Positions 39,535 through 48,432 of a stretch of 64,000 bases of DNA are shown here, one piece after another; the first letter of the stretch is position 1, and every line of letters begins with the position of its first letter. The notes under the pieces are model-generated. The model worked only from the letters and a program-made list of their open reading frames with translations, was not told where the DNA came from and did no database searches. The translations under genes and the position numbers were made by a program. The stretch comes from Pirellulales bacterium (GTDB lineage: Bacteria > Planctomycetota > Planctomycetia > Pirellulales > JAICIG01): assembly GCA_035532215.1 (NCBI GenBank), contig DATKRK010000359.1, forward strand, positions 5,198 to 69,197, read 5' to 3'.

Positions 39535-40656
39535 TCAACGCGCGGCAGGAGGCGTTTCGATCCAGCGCCGCTCACTATACGATTCTAGCACGGCGTCGGC
39601 GATTTGCTGGGCATTCAGCCCGTCATAAAAGCTTGGCACGGCGTCGCGGCCCTCGACGATGGCCGAAACGAACTCCCAAACCAGGTCGTAGCGAAACACG
39701 GTCGCGGGCTTGCCTTCGCGGGGATTCCGCGGGCTGTCGGCCGGCTTGAGGAATTCCTCGGGCACGTTCTCGGGCGCCAGGTCATGACCGGTGCGGCCGA
39801 CGAGAATCGTATTCGGTTCGTGCAGCCGATAGACGGCCGACCCCTCTGAGCCGTTGATCTCCGCCCACTCGTGACCGAAGCCATCGCGATGATAGCCCTT
39901 GGCCAGCGTCGTCCCTTCCCAGACGCCGGTGGCGCCGCATTCGAACTCGCCGATCAAGCTCGACCAATCGTCGACGTTCGACGCTTCGCACGTCTTGCCG
40001 TCCACCGTTTTGGTGCGCGGGGCGAACCGGGCTACGGCCCCGCAGACCTGCTTCAGCGGGCCGAGCAGGTCGATGGCGAAATCGAGCCGGTGGATGGTCA
40101 TGTCGAACAAGTCGCCAGCCCCGGCCAGATGCTGGTATTGGCGCCAGCCCCAACTCGTCTCGGGCCAATCCAGAAATCGTTGCGAGCGGAAGTGTCGCGG
40201 TTCGCCCAGCGCGCCGGTCGAGATCAGCCGCTTCATGTAACGCATCGACGGGGCGAAGCGATAGGTAAAGGCCGTCATGTGCACGACGCCCTGGTCGCGC
40301 GCCGCCTCATACATTTCGCGAACCTCGCCGGCGTTCAGTCCCAGCGGCTTTTCGCACATCACGTGCTTTCCGCCGCGGGCGGCCGCCAGGGCGATCGGCT
40401 TGTGCGTAAAATTAGGCGTGGCGATGATCACGGCGTCGACGTCGGGATCGGCGCACAGGGCTTCGGCGTCGGTGGTGATTTTGTCGACGCCCCAGTCGCT
40501 GCGGCGCTTTTCGAGCAGCTTGGGATCGGCGTCGCAAACGGCAACCAATTCAGCCCGCGGATCGATCCGGATGCCGGGTACGTGGTGGTAATCGCTGACG
40601 GCGCCGGCGCCGATCATGGCAATCCGCACCGGAGGTTGTGAACGTTGAATGCCCAT
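39535..40656 (-). CDS. Gfo/Idh/MocA-family oxidoreductase
   Basis: I moved the start to 40656. 'VRIAMIGAGAVSDYH' is the Rossmann block, and 'GKHVMCEKPL' is the family signature. Confidence 0.9.
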   Translation of the reverse strand: MGIQRSQPPVRIAMIGAGAVSDYHHVPGIRIDPRAELVAVCDADPKLLEKRRSDWGVDKITTDAEALCADPDVDAVIIATPNFTHKPIALAAARGGKHVMCEKPLGLNAGEVREMYEAARDQGVVHMTAFTYRFAPSMRYMKRLISTGALGEPRHFRSQRFLDWPETSWGWRQYQHLAGAGDLFDMTIHRLDFAIDLLGPLKQVCGAVARFAPRTKTVDGKTCEASNVDDWSSLIGEFECGATGVWEGTTLAKGYHRDGFGHEWAEINGSEGSAVYRLHEPNTILVGRTGHDLAPENVPEEFLKPADSPRNPREGKPATVFRYDLVWEFVSAIVEGRDAVPSFYDGLNAQQIADAVLESYSERRWIETPPAAR

Positions 40657-40786
40657 AGTTTTTGCGTGAGGCCAGGCTTCGTCCAGTTGCAACCCAAAGC
40701 GTATGATGTTTGCGGTGAGATCACAAGGCCGCGGGCGGACGAATCGGCCCGACTGACGATAACGTAACGAGAGATTTGACGGTCGC

Positions 40787-41554
40787 ATGTGCCTGTTGGC
40801 CATCCATTTCCGTAGCTTTGCCGAGGCGCCGCTGGCAGCGGCCGCCAACCGGGAAGAATTCTTCAACCGGGCCTCGCTGCCGCCCCAATTAATTACAGCG
40901 GCCGCTCCCGGCGCGCCGCGCGTGTTGTGCGGCGTCGACGCCTTGGCCGGCGGAACCTGGCTAGGGGTCAACGAGCGGGGGCTGTTCGTGGCGGTCACGA
41001 ATCGACCCAAGACGAGCGTGCCGCTGGCGCCGCGATCGCGGGGCCAGTTGTGTCTCGACCTGCTCGCCTGCCGCAGCGCCGAGGAAGCCAGCCGCCGCGC
41101 CGTCGACGAACTTTCGACCGGCCGCTATGCAGGCGCGAATTACGTCTGCGTCGATTCGGCCTCGGGCAACGTGATCCACGCCGGCGACCAGATCGAACGC
41201 ATCTCGCTCGAACCGGGCCTGCACTTGCTCGCCAACGGCGACCTCGACGATCCGGGCGACTCGCGGTTGAACTTGGCGCGAGAGCTGTTCACTGCCCGCC
41301 CGTCCGGTACGGCTGTGGAATTCCTGGCCGCGGCCCAACAGGTTTGCGGGCACTACCTGCCGGGCGCCGGCCCAGGCCGGCCATCGATCGTGCTGCGCGC
41401 GGCCGATCGGGGAACCGTTTCGTCGACGCTCGTGTCGCTCGCCGCGGCCCCGGCGCTGGCCGTTTATCGATACGCCGCCGGCCCACCCGATCGAACGCCG
41501 TTCGAAGATTTTTCACCGCTGCTGCGTTCGCTTTGTGACGTTTCTGCGAAATAG
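40787..41554 (+). CDS. NRDE/TANGO2-family protein
   Basis: It starts 'MCLLAI' (N-terminal Cys). 'ANREEFFNR' (a variant of the NRDE motif) and 'TWLGVNERGLFVAVTN' follow. Confidence 0.85.
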   Translation: MCLLAIHFRSFAEAPLAAAANREEFFNRASLPPQLITAAAPGAPRVLCGVDALAGGTWLGVNERGLFVAVTNRPKTSVPLAPRSRGQLCLDLLACRSAEEASRRAVDELSTGRYAGANYVCVDSASGNVIHAGDQIERISLEPGLHLLANGDLDDPGDSRLNLARELFTARPSGTAVEFLAAAQQVCGHYLPGAGPGRPSIVLRAADRGTVSSTLVSLAAAPALAVYRYAAGPPDRTPFEDFSPLLRSLCDVSAK

Positions 41555-41685
41555 ACGAAACGCGGCGCCGTTCAAAATGCCTCAAATCGAAGCGGCTCCA
41601 ACAGTGGGGGCGTTTTGACCTATCCTTATCGGGTCGAGTGCGTCGCTTCGCCCCGCTTTGGTCTGGCCGCCGACGCTGGACTAAG

Positions 41686-41826
41686 CAGGGAGGGCCGGGC
41701 GCCCTCGCCCGGCGGCGACGCAGGGAGGGCCGGGCGCCCTCGCCCGGCGGCGACGATTCTCCGGGCGGGGGCGCCCGGTGCTACATCGGTCGCGCCCGGA
41801 GCTACATCGGGGCGCCCGGAGCTACG
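41686..41826. repeat. two tandem arrays: 35 bp x2 and 21 bp x~2.7
   Basis: 41686-41720 and 41721-41755 are identical ('cagggagggccgggcgccctcgcccggcggcgacg') and contain the palindrome 'ccgggcgccc..gcccgg'. At 41771-41826, 'gcgcccgg(t/a)gctacatcgg' is repeated. Confidence 0.9.
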
Positions 41827-41875
41827 TTCATTGAATCATTCTGTCGCGACGGACTCGCCCTTGCCGAGGCGCCTG

Positions 41876-43045
41876 ATGGCTTCCGCTCTTGAACTTGCTC
41901 CCTCGCCAAACACGCCGTCGGCGCCGCACTCGCCCAACGAGCGCTTCGTCACGCGGACAACGGTCGCCGAATTCGCCGCCTGGGAAGCGGCTTGGGAATT
42001 GCTCGCCGCGGCCTCGCCCAGTCCGATGCAGTCGTTCGCTTGGATCGAAGCCGCAGCGGCGACGACCGGCGCCGCCGGCAGATTGCGTTTGATCGGCCTG
42101 CAGGCGGGCGAACACTTGACCGCGGTGGCGCCGTTGGTGCAATTCCCCGGCGGCTGGGTTCGCCCGTGGGAATTGCTCAACCTGGCCAAGCTCTACGAGC
42201 CGGCCGATCTGGTCGCGGCCGACGCCGCGGCGCTCGAAGCGCTGGCCGGCGAATTGGCTCGCCGCGGCTTGCCGCTCTGCTTCGGCCGCTTGCCCGCCGT
42301 TTCGCCGACGATCGAAGCGATCCGCCGGGCGTACCGCCGCGGCTGGGTCGTCTGTCGGCCGCAGGCCAGCACGCCCTACATTCCGCTCGACGAGAGTTGG
42401 TCGGCGCCCGAAAGCAAAATTTCTTCGCGGCGCCGTTCCGACTTTCGCCGCTCGCAGCGGCACGCGGCCGAACTCGGGGAAACGTCGGCGGAGATTCTCT
42501 CGCCCGCCGCGGAAGACGTCGATCGGCTGCTCGATCTCGCCTTCGAGGTGGAAAGCCGCTCTTGGAAAGGCGAGCAGGGCACGGCGCTGGCTCGCGATGC
42601 CGCGCGCGGCGCCTTTTATTGCCGCTATGCACGGCAGGCCGCGAGCCGCGGCCAACTGCGGGTCGGCTTTCTGCGGATCGGCGAACTGGCGGCGGCTATG
42701 CAAATCAGCGTGGTTGCGTCCGAATCGCTGTGGGTGCTCAAAGTCGGCTACGATCCGCAATTTCAAAAGGCCAGCCCCGGCATTTTGTTGATGGTCGAAC
42801 AAATCAAGCACGCCGTCGCCGAAGGACTGGCCAGCTACGAACTGCTGGGCACGGTCGAGCCGTGGATTCAGGTCTGGACCGAGCACGAACGGAAGTGCGT
42901 TTCGCTGCGCGCCTACCCGGCGAACTTCCGCGGCCTGACCGCGCTGGCGAGCGACGCCGCTCGCAAGGCGATTCGAAATTGGAGCAACCGCACGTCATGC
43001 AAAGCCTCGCCAGCTACCTGCGCCGGACCGCCTCGAACTACTTGA
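41876..43045 (+). CDS. CelD/BioF2-like GNAT acetyltransferase (FemAB-like fold)
   Basis: 'QSFAWIEAAA', 'KVGYDPQFQKASPGILLMVEQIKHAVAEGLASYELLG'. I moved the start to the ATG at 41876 because the upstream part of the track ORF is tandem/palindromic repeat sequence. Confidence 0.78.
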   Translation: MASALELAPSPNTPSAPHSPNERFVTRTTVAEFAAWEAAWELLAAASPSPMQSFAWIEAAAATTGAAGRLRLIGLQAGEHLTAVAPLVQFPGGWVRPWELLNLAKLYEPADLVAADAAALEALAGELARRGLPLCFGRLPAVSPTIEAIRRAYRRGWVVCRPQASTPYIPLDESWSAPESKISSRRRSDFRRSQRHAAELGETSAEILSPAAEDVDRLLDLAFEVESRSWKGEQGTALARDAARGAFYCRYARQAASRGQLRVGFLRIGELAAAMQISVVASESLWVLKVGYDPQFQKASPGILLMVEQIKHAVAEGLASYELLGTVEPWIQVWTEHERKCVSLRAYPANFRGLTALASDAARKAIRNWSNRTSCKASPATCAGPPRTT

Positions 43046-43854
43046 GCCCCTTGGCGGCCCGCGCCGCCCGCGCGTATATCGCCGGGCCGGAACTCGAAGA
43101 CGCGCTTCGGGTCTCGCAACAACTCGCCGCGCGCGGTTTCACGGCCACGCTTGGCTTTTGGGACGGCCCGGACGACACGCCCCGCGGCGTGGCCGACTAT
43201 TATTTGGCTGCTCTCGACGCGATTGAGGCCTCGAGGCTCGACGCCTACTTGTCGATCAAGCTGCCGGGCTTGCGCGGCTCGCAGACGCTCGTCGACGAAG
43301 TCTTGGCTCGCGCGAGAGAACATCGCATCCAAATCCATTTCGACTCGCACGGGCCGGAAACCGCCGACGAAGCGTGGCAGGCGATCGTTCGCGCCTCGGC
43401 CGACCGCGAGTTGGCGCTGAGCGTCTCCGTGCCCGGCCGCTGGCGACGCAGCTTGGACGACGCAGAGGCGGCCATTGCTTACGGCGTGGCGGTGCGGGTG
43501 GTCAAAGGCCAATGGCCCGATTCCGAGTATCCAGACCTCGACATGCGCGAAGGTTTTTTGAGCGTCATCGATCGCCTCGCCGGCCGCGCTCGGCACGTCG
43601 CCGTCGCCAGCCACGACGCACCGCTGGCCGCCGAATCGGTGCGGCGGCTGCGAGCGGCGAACACCTCGAACGAACTGGAACTGCTCTACGGCCTGCCCGA
43701 GCGGCGCTCGCTACGTCAGGTGGAGCAAGACCGGACGCCGGTGCGGTTCTATGTGCCCTACGGCAAAGCCTACCTCCCCTACGCCCTGGGCCAGGCCCGG
43801 CGAAATCCGCGTTTGATCTGGTGGATGCTGCGAGACACAGTGTTGAGAAGGTGA
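42997..43854 (+). CDS. proline-dehydrogenase-family (PutA TIM-barrel-like) protein
   Basis: 285 aa. 'YLSIKLPGL', 'VRVVKGQW' and 'FYVPYGKAYLPYALGQARRNP' resemble Pro_dh blocks. 'ggag' lies upstream of the ATG. The gene overlaps the previous CDS by 49 bp. Confidence 0.75.
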   Translation: MQSLASYLRRTASNYLSPLAARAARAYIAGPELEDALRVSQQLAARGFTATLGFWDGPDDTPRGVADYYLAALDAIEASRLDAYLSIKLPGLRGSQTLVDEVLARAREHRIQIHFDSHGPETADEAWQAIVRASADRELALSVSVPGRWRRSLDDAEAAIAYGVAVRVVKGQWPDSEYPDLDMREGFLSVIDRLAGRARHVAVASHDAPLAAESVRRLRAANTSNELELLYGLPERRSLRQVEQDRTPVRFYVPYGKAYLPYALGQARRNPRLIWWMLRDTVLRR

Positions 43855-43897
43855 AAGGGGGCAGCGCCTCGCGCTCCTTCGAAGTCGTTTTGACGAT

Positions 43898-43972
43898 CGG
43901 GTGGCTGGCGGCAGAGCGAAGCGATGCCCCGGCAAACTGGGGCTTCGCCAAGGCTCAGCCGCCAGCCACCCG
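43898..43972. repeat. long hairpin downstream of the Pro_dh-family gene
   Basis: 'cgggtggctggcggc' (43898-43912) pairs with 'gccgccagccacccg' (43958-43972). An inner small hairpin lies at 43927-43942. Confidence 0.75.
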
Positions 43973-44021
43973 GCCGTTTAGTAGATTTGATGACGTGCTG
44001 GCATAACAAGGAGAGCATCGC

Positions 44022-44756
44022 ATGCGACACGATGGACGCCGGCAGGATGAACTGCGGCCGCTGAAGATCAAACGCCGCTATACGCGGGCGGCGCCGGGCA
44101 GCGTGCTGATCTCAGCGGGCCGCACGACCGTGCTCTGTACGGCCAGCGTCGAAGAGCAGGCGCCGCCCTGGATGAAAGGTCAAGGCCGCGGCTGGGTCAC
44201 GGCCGAATACAACATGCTGCCCGGCAGCACCAGCCCGCGAAAGCCCCGCGAGCGCGGCGGCAAGGTCGACGGCCGCACGACCGAAATCCAGCGGCTGATC
44301 GGCCGCAGCCTGCGGGCCGTGGTCGATCTCGAAGCCCTCGGCGAACGGGCGATCACCGTCGATTGCGACGTGCTCGAAGCCGACGGCGGCACGCGCACCG
44401 CCAGCATCACCGGCGCCTTCGTGGCGCTAGCCGACGCGATCCACTCGATGAAAGGGCTGCTCGGCGATCGCCAGCCGCTCAAAGACAGCGTGGCCGCCGT
44501 CAGCGTCGGCCTGGTCGACGGCAAGGCCTTGCTCGATCTCGACTATCACGAAGACTTCGCCGCCTCGGTCGACATGAACGTCGTGATGACCGGCGCCGGG
44601 CAATTCGTCGAAGTGCAAGGCACGGGCGAAGAGGCAACCTTCAGCGAGCAGGAACTCACGGCGCTGGTGAAACTCGCCCGCGGCGGCATCCGCAAGCTCC
44701 AGCAATTCCAGCAGGCCTCGCTCGGCAAGCAATGGGCTTGGCCGGCGAAAGGGTAA
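44022..44756 (+). CDS. rph: ribonuclease PH
   Basis: '[44 protein letters not shown]' and '[19 protein letters not shown]'. The RBS is 'aaggagagc'. Confidence 0.96.
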   Translation: MRHDGRRQDELRPLKIKRRYTRAAPGSVLISAGRTTVLCTASVEEQAPPWMKGQGRGWVTAEYNMLPGSTSPRKPRERGGKVDGRTTEIQRLIGRSLRAVVDLEALGERAITVDCDVLEADGGTRTASITGAFVALADAIHSMKGLLGDRQPLKDSVAAVSVGLVDGKALLDLDYHEDFAASVDMNVVMTGAGQFVEVQGTGEEATFSEQELTALVKLARGGIRKLQQFQQASLGKQWAWPAKG

Positions 44757-44759
44757 CCT

Positions 44760-44780
44760 CCCTCTCCCTTTGGGAGAGGG
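44760..44780. repeat. hairpin 'ccctctccc-ttt-gggagaggg' downstream of rph
   Basis: A 9-bp perfect stem is followed by 'ccggggtgagggc'. There is no T-tract. Confidence 0.75.
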
Positions 44781-44851
44781 CCGGGGTGAGGGCAAGACGC
44801 GCCCGCAGCCACCTTCACCCTCTGCTCGAGCGATTCACGCGCGGCGGAGCA

Positions 44852-45358
44852 TCATAACCTACGCTCGGGCTGGTGCGGGCCTCCCTCCCCCAGCTCCAAA
44901 AAATACGCCTGATCGCAACGCGCCGACAAATGCTCCGGCTCGAACGGCCGGAAGCCGAACGACTCGTAAAGCTTAACCGCCGCGACCAGCGTCGCCGCGG
45001 TTTCCAGCTCGATCCGCCGAAAGCCAAGTTTCCTGGCCCGGTCGAGGGCCTGTTCCAGCAGCCGCTTGCCGAGCCCTTGTCCGCGGCAAGCCGATGCCAG
45101 GTACATCTTGCGCAATTCGCACCGCTTATCGTCGATCGGCGAAATTCCGACGCTGCCGATGATCTGGCCGTCCCGATCGACCAGCACGTCGAACGAACCG
45201 CGGCGGCGGTGGTAGTTGGCCTCCAGGTCGTCCAAATCGGCGTCGGTCGACGCCGGGTCGGGGGCCAAGCCGTGGTCGCAAAGGATCGTGAACACCAGGC
45301 GGCGCACCGCCGGGGCGTCGCCGTTGGTCGCGGGCCGGATTCGGAAGGTTTCTTCCAT
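44852..45358 (-). CDS. GNAT-family N-acetyltransferase
   Basis: 168 aa with 'LRKMYLASACRGQGLGKRLLEQAL' (the Q/R-x-x-G-x-G/A acetyl-CoA motif). Confidence 0.88.
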   Translation of the reverse strand: MEETFRIRPATNGDAPAVRRLVFTILCDHGLAPDPASTDADLDDLEANYHRRRGSFDVLVDRDGQIIGSVGISPIDDKRCELRKMYLASACRGQGLGKRLLEQALDRARKLGFRRIELETAATLVAAVKLYESFGFRPFEPEHLSARCDQAYFLELGEGGPHQPERRL

Positions 45359-45565
45359 CGCAGCAGCAAATTATAGCATGCCCGCGGCGACGACAGAGTA
45401 AACAAGTCGTGGGGCGGCCTTCCCAGGCCGTCGCAGTCTTTCATGGTTCAGCAACCGGGCCGAACCGGCGAGCGGCGTCGGGTGTCAAAATTATACGATG
45501 GGGGCGCCTCTCCTGATTCGGCGCGCCCTGCGGCGCCTGCGATCCGCTGGCCGCAAGTAAAAGCG

Positions 45566-45594
45566 CTGACAGGACTTTCCGGGGCGTGTAGAAT
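45566..45594 (+). promoter_or_regulatory. putative sigma70-type promoter upstream of rsfS
   Basis: CTGACA (45566-45571), a 17-nt spacer, then TAGAAT (45589-45594). It lies about 40 nt upstream of the rsfS GTG. Confidence 0.4.
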
Positions 45595-45633
45595 GATTGC
45601 GGGCGCGCAATTCCTTGACATGAAAGGAACCTC

Positions 45634-46059
45634 GTGGCCATTTCCAGCATTGGTCAGCAATCGTCTGCGTCACAATCCGGTCGTTCTCTCGAACTCGCGC
45701 TGGCCGCAGCGCGGACCGCCGCCGAAAACCGCGGACGCGACATCGTGGTGCTTGACATGCGCGAAGTGACCCCCGTGTTCGACTATTTCGTCCTGGCTAC
45801 CGGCAGCAGTCGCCGCCAGTTGCACGCCATGAGCGAGGAGATCGATCACAAACTGGAAGACGAAATGGGCGACCATCGCCTGGGGCTGGAAGGCTACCAG
45901 CACAGCCGCTGGATTCTGCTCGATTACGGCGACGTGGTCGTGCATCTGTTCGAGCCCGAGGCCCGCGAGTATTACGGCCTGGAAGACCTCTGGTGCGAGG
46001 CTCGCCGCGTGCCGGTCGAGCTGCCGCCCGGCGCCGAAGGGCTGCACGTGGCGCCGTAA
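45634..46059 (+). CDS. rsfS: ribosome silencing factor
   Basis: The GTG start is preceded by 'aaaggaacctc'. 'DIVVLDMREVTPVFDYFVLATGSSRRQLHAMSEEI' and 'WILLDYGDVVVHLF' are RsfS/Iojap blocks. Confidence 0.92.
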   Translation: MAISSIGQQSSASQSGRSLELALAAARTAAENRGRDIVVLDMREVTPVFDYFVLATGSSRRQLHAMSEEIDHKLEDEMGDHRLGLEGYQHSRWILLDYGDVVVHLFEPEAREYYGLEDLWCEARRVPVELPPGAEGLHVAP

Positions 46060-46128
46060 CGGCGATTGGCTCTGTCTGGCAAACGTTGCGCGGCAGTAGC
46101 TCGAGCAATTGCCCCGATCGACGTCAGG

Positions 46129-46263
46129 AGATCACGAAAACGCGAAAGAGCGAAAGCACGAAAGGGAGTTCCCCTCGCGGGCGAAGCTGGCGGCAAGTAT
46201 CTCAATCTATTTGACTTAACTCTGCTTTTTTCGCGTTTTCGTCATTTCGCGTTTTCGTGATCT
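46129..46263. repeat. second copy of the 'gatcacgaaaacgcgaaag' element
   Basis: The left arm is at 46129-46167 and the right arm at 46226-46263 ('ttttcgcgttttcgtcatttcgcgttttcgtgatc'). It has the same motif and size as 12868..13009. Confidence 0.85.
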
Positions 46264-46414
46264 GCATTCCGTTCGGAAATCCTCGTTTTGTCTTGCCGTT
46301 GCGTGGCGTCGCCCCTCTGTCCCTTTTGCGTTCGGCGCTTTATCTTCGCAGTGAACCGGATCGGCCATTGCCGATCTTGTAAGAAACGCCGCAACGTCGA
46401 AGGTCCCCACCTGC

Positions 46415-48409
46415 ATGAATATTCTTGCCGCATTGCGCAGCCGATTTAGCTCGGCGCTCACGCCCTTGGCCCAGAAAGCCGGTCTCTCCGAGGAGGAAAT
46501 CGCCGAACTAGCCGCGATGGTCCGCCCGAGCCAGGATCCGAAATTCGGCGATTACCAGGCCAACTTCGCCATGCCGCTGGGCAAAAAGCTCGGCCGGGCG
46601 CCGCGCGACGTGGCGACCGAGTTGCTCGCCCGGCTGAAGCTCGACGACCTGTGCCAGCCGCCCGAGATTGCCGGGCCGGGTTTTGTCAACTTGCGGCTCA
46701 AAGACGAGCGATTGACCGAGTTGCTGGTTGCCGCCGTCGTCGACGAGCGCCTCGGCGTCGAGCCGGCCGCGAAGCCGAAGACCTACGTCGTCGACTTTTC
46801 GGCCCCCAACGTGGCCAAGCCGATGCACGTCGGCCATATCCGCTCGACGGTGATCGGCGACAGCCTCTATCGTACGCTCAAGTTCGCCGGCCATCGCGTG
46901 ATTGGCGACAATCACATCGGTGATTGGGGCACGCAGTTCGGCATGATCATCTACGGCTTCCGTCATTTCCGCGACGAGGCCGCTTACCGCGCCAGCCCGG
47001 TCGACGAACTGGCCCGGTTGTACCGGCTGGTCAATCAACTGGTCGAATATCACGCAGGTCGCGAGAAGCTAGCTCAGCTTTTGGAAAAAGTCGTCGGCGA
47101 CGAAGCGGCCCTCGAACGCCAGTCGTCGCAGGCCGCCGCTGGCGACCCGCAGGCCGAAAAGAAAGCCGCCAAGGCGCTCAAAAAGCTCGAAGCCGATGTG
47201 TCGCAATCGCGCCGGGAATTGAAAGAGCTGCAGGCCAAGCAGGCGGCGATCGAAGGCGATCCGCAACTGTCGAAGCTGGCCGCGGAGCATCGTGAGATTG
47301 GCGCCGAGGTGCTCGCCGAGACGGCCAAGCTGCACTCGGGCGACGAAGAAAACCTGCGGTTGTGGCGCGAGTTCATGCCGCCCTGCCTGGAGGCGATCGA
47401 GCAGGTCTATCGCCGGCTGAACGTTAAGTTCGACGTGGCCCTCGGCGAAAGCTTTTATCACGACCGGCTGGCCGCCGTGGTCAACGACCTCGTCAAGCGC
47501 GGCATCGCCCGCGAAAGCGACGGCGCGGTGTGCGTGTTTTTCGAGGACAGCGACGTACCGATGATCGTGCAGAAGCGCGACGGCGCCTTTTTATACGCCA
47601 CGACCGATCTGGCCACGATCCAGTACCGCATGGAAACCTGGTCGCCCGACGCGATCCTGTACGTGGTCGACCATCGCCAGAGCGACCATTTCAAAATGCT
47701 CTTCGCCGCCGCGCGAAAGTGGGGCTGCGATCAGATCGAGTTTCAACACATCAGCTTCGGCACGGTGCTGGGTAAGGACAAAAAGCCGTACAAGACCCGC
47801 TCGGGCGACACGGTCGGCCTGATGGGGCTGCTCGACGAAGCAGTGACCCGAGCGGGCCAAGTCGTGGCTGAAAATGACGATGCGAAACCCGACGGGGCAG
47901 AGCTTTCGCCCGAGACTCGCTGTGAGATCGCGGAACGGGTCGGCATCGCCGCCTTGAAATACGCCGATTTGTCGCAAAACCGCACCAGCGATTATGAGTT
48001 CAGCTACGACAAGATGCTGGCCATGAACGGCAACACGGCCACGTACATGCAATACGCCTACGCCCGCGTGCGCAGCATCTTTCGCAAAGGTGCGGTCGAC
48101 GTCGACGCGTTGCGCGCCAGCGGCGCGGCAATCACGCTCGGCGCCCCGGCCGAACGCGGGCTGGCCTTGGCGGTCCAGCGTTTCTCCGAAGCCTTGGAAT
48201 TCACACTGGCCGACTATCGCCCCAACCAGCTCACCAGCTACCTGTTCGACCTAGCCAACGCCTATTCGACGTTTTTCGAGCAATGCCCGGTGCTGAAGGC
48301 CGACACGCCCGCGCTTCGCAACAGCCGGCTGTTGCTCTGCGACCTGACCGCCCGCACGCTGAAACAAGGGCTGGCGCTGTTGGGCATCGAGGTGGTCGAG
48401 AAGATGTAG
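46415..48409 (+). CDS. argS: arginine--tRNA ligase
   Basis: 664 aa. 'SAPNVAKPMHVGHIRS' (HIGH), 'IGDWGTQFGM', 'GKDKKPYKTRSGDTV' and 'YMQYAYARVRSI'. It also contains an extra charged helical segment. Confidence 0.96.
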   Translation: MNILAALRSRFSSALTPLAQKAGLSEEEIAELAAMVRPSQDPKFGDYQANFAMPLGKKLGRAPRDVATELLARLKLDDLCQPPEIAGPGFVNLRLKDERLTELLVAAVVDERLGVEPAAKPKTYVVDFSAPNVAKPMHVGHIRSTVIGDSLYRTLKFAGHRVIGDNHIGDWGTQFGMIIYGFRHFRDEAAYRASPVDELARLYRLVNQLVEYHAGREKLAQLLEKVVGDEAALERQSSQAAAGDPQAEKKAAKALKKLEADVSQSRRELKELQAKQAAIEGDPQLSKLAAEHREIGAEVLAETAKLHSGDEENLRLWREFMPPCLEAIEQVYRRLNVKFDVALGESFYHDRLAAVVNDLVKRGIARESDGAVCVFFEDSDVPMIVQKRDGAFLYATTDLATIQYRMETWSPDAILYVVDHRQSDHFKMLFAAARKWGCDQIEFQHISFGTVLGKDKKPYKTRSGDTVGLMGLLDEAVTRAGQVVAENDDAKPDGAELSPETRCEIAERVGIAALKYADLSQNRTSDYEFSYDKMLAMNGNTATYMQYAYARVRSIFRKGAVDVDALRASGAAITLGAPAERGLALAVQRFSEALEFTLADYRPNQLTSYLFDLANAYSTFFEQCPVLKADTPALRNSRLLLCDLTARTLKQGLALLGIEVVEKM

Positions 48410-48432
48410 GGCTCCTGTAAGGGGGTGTCGCG

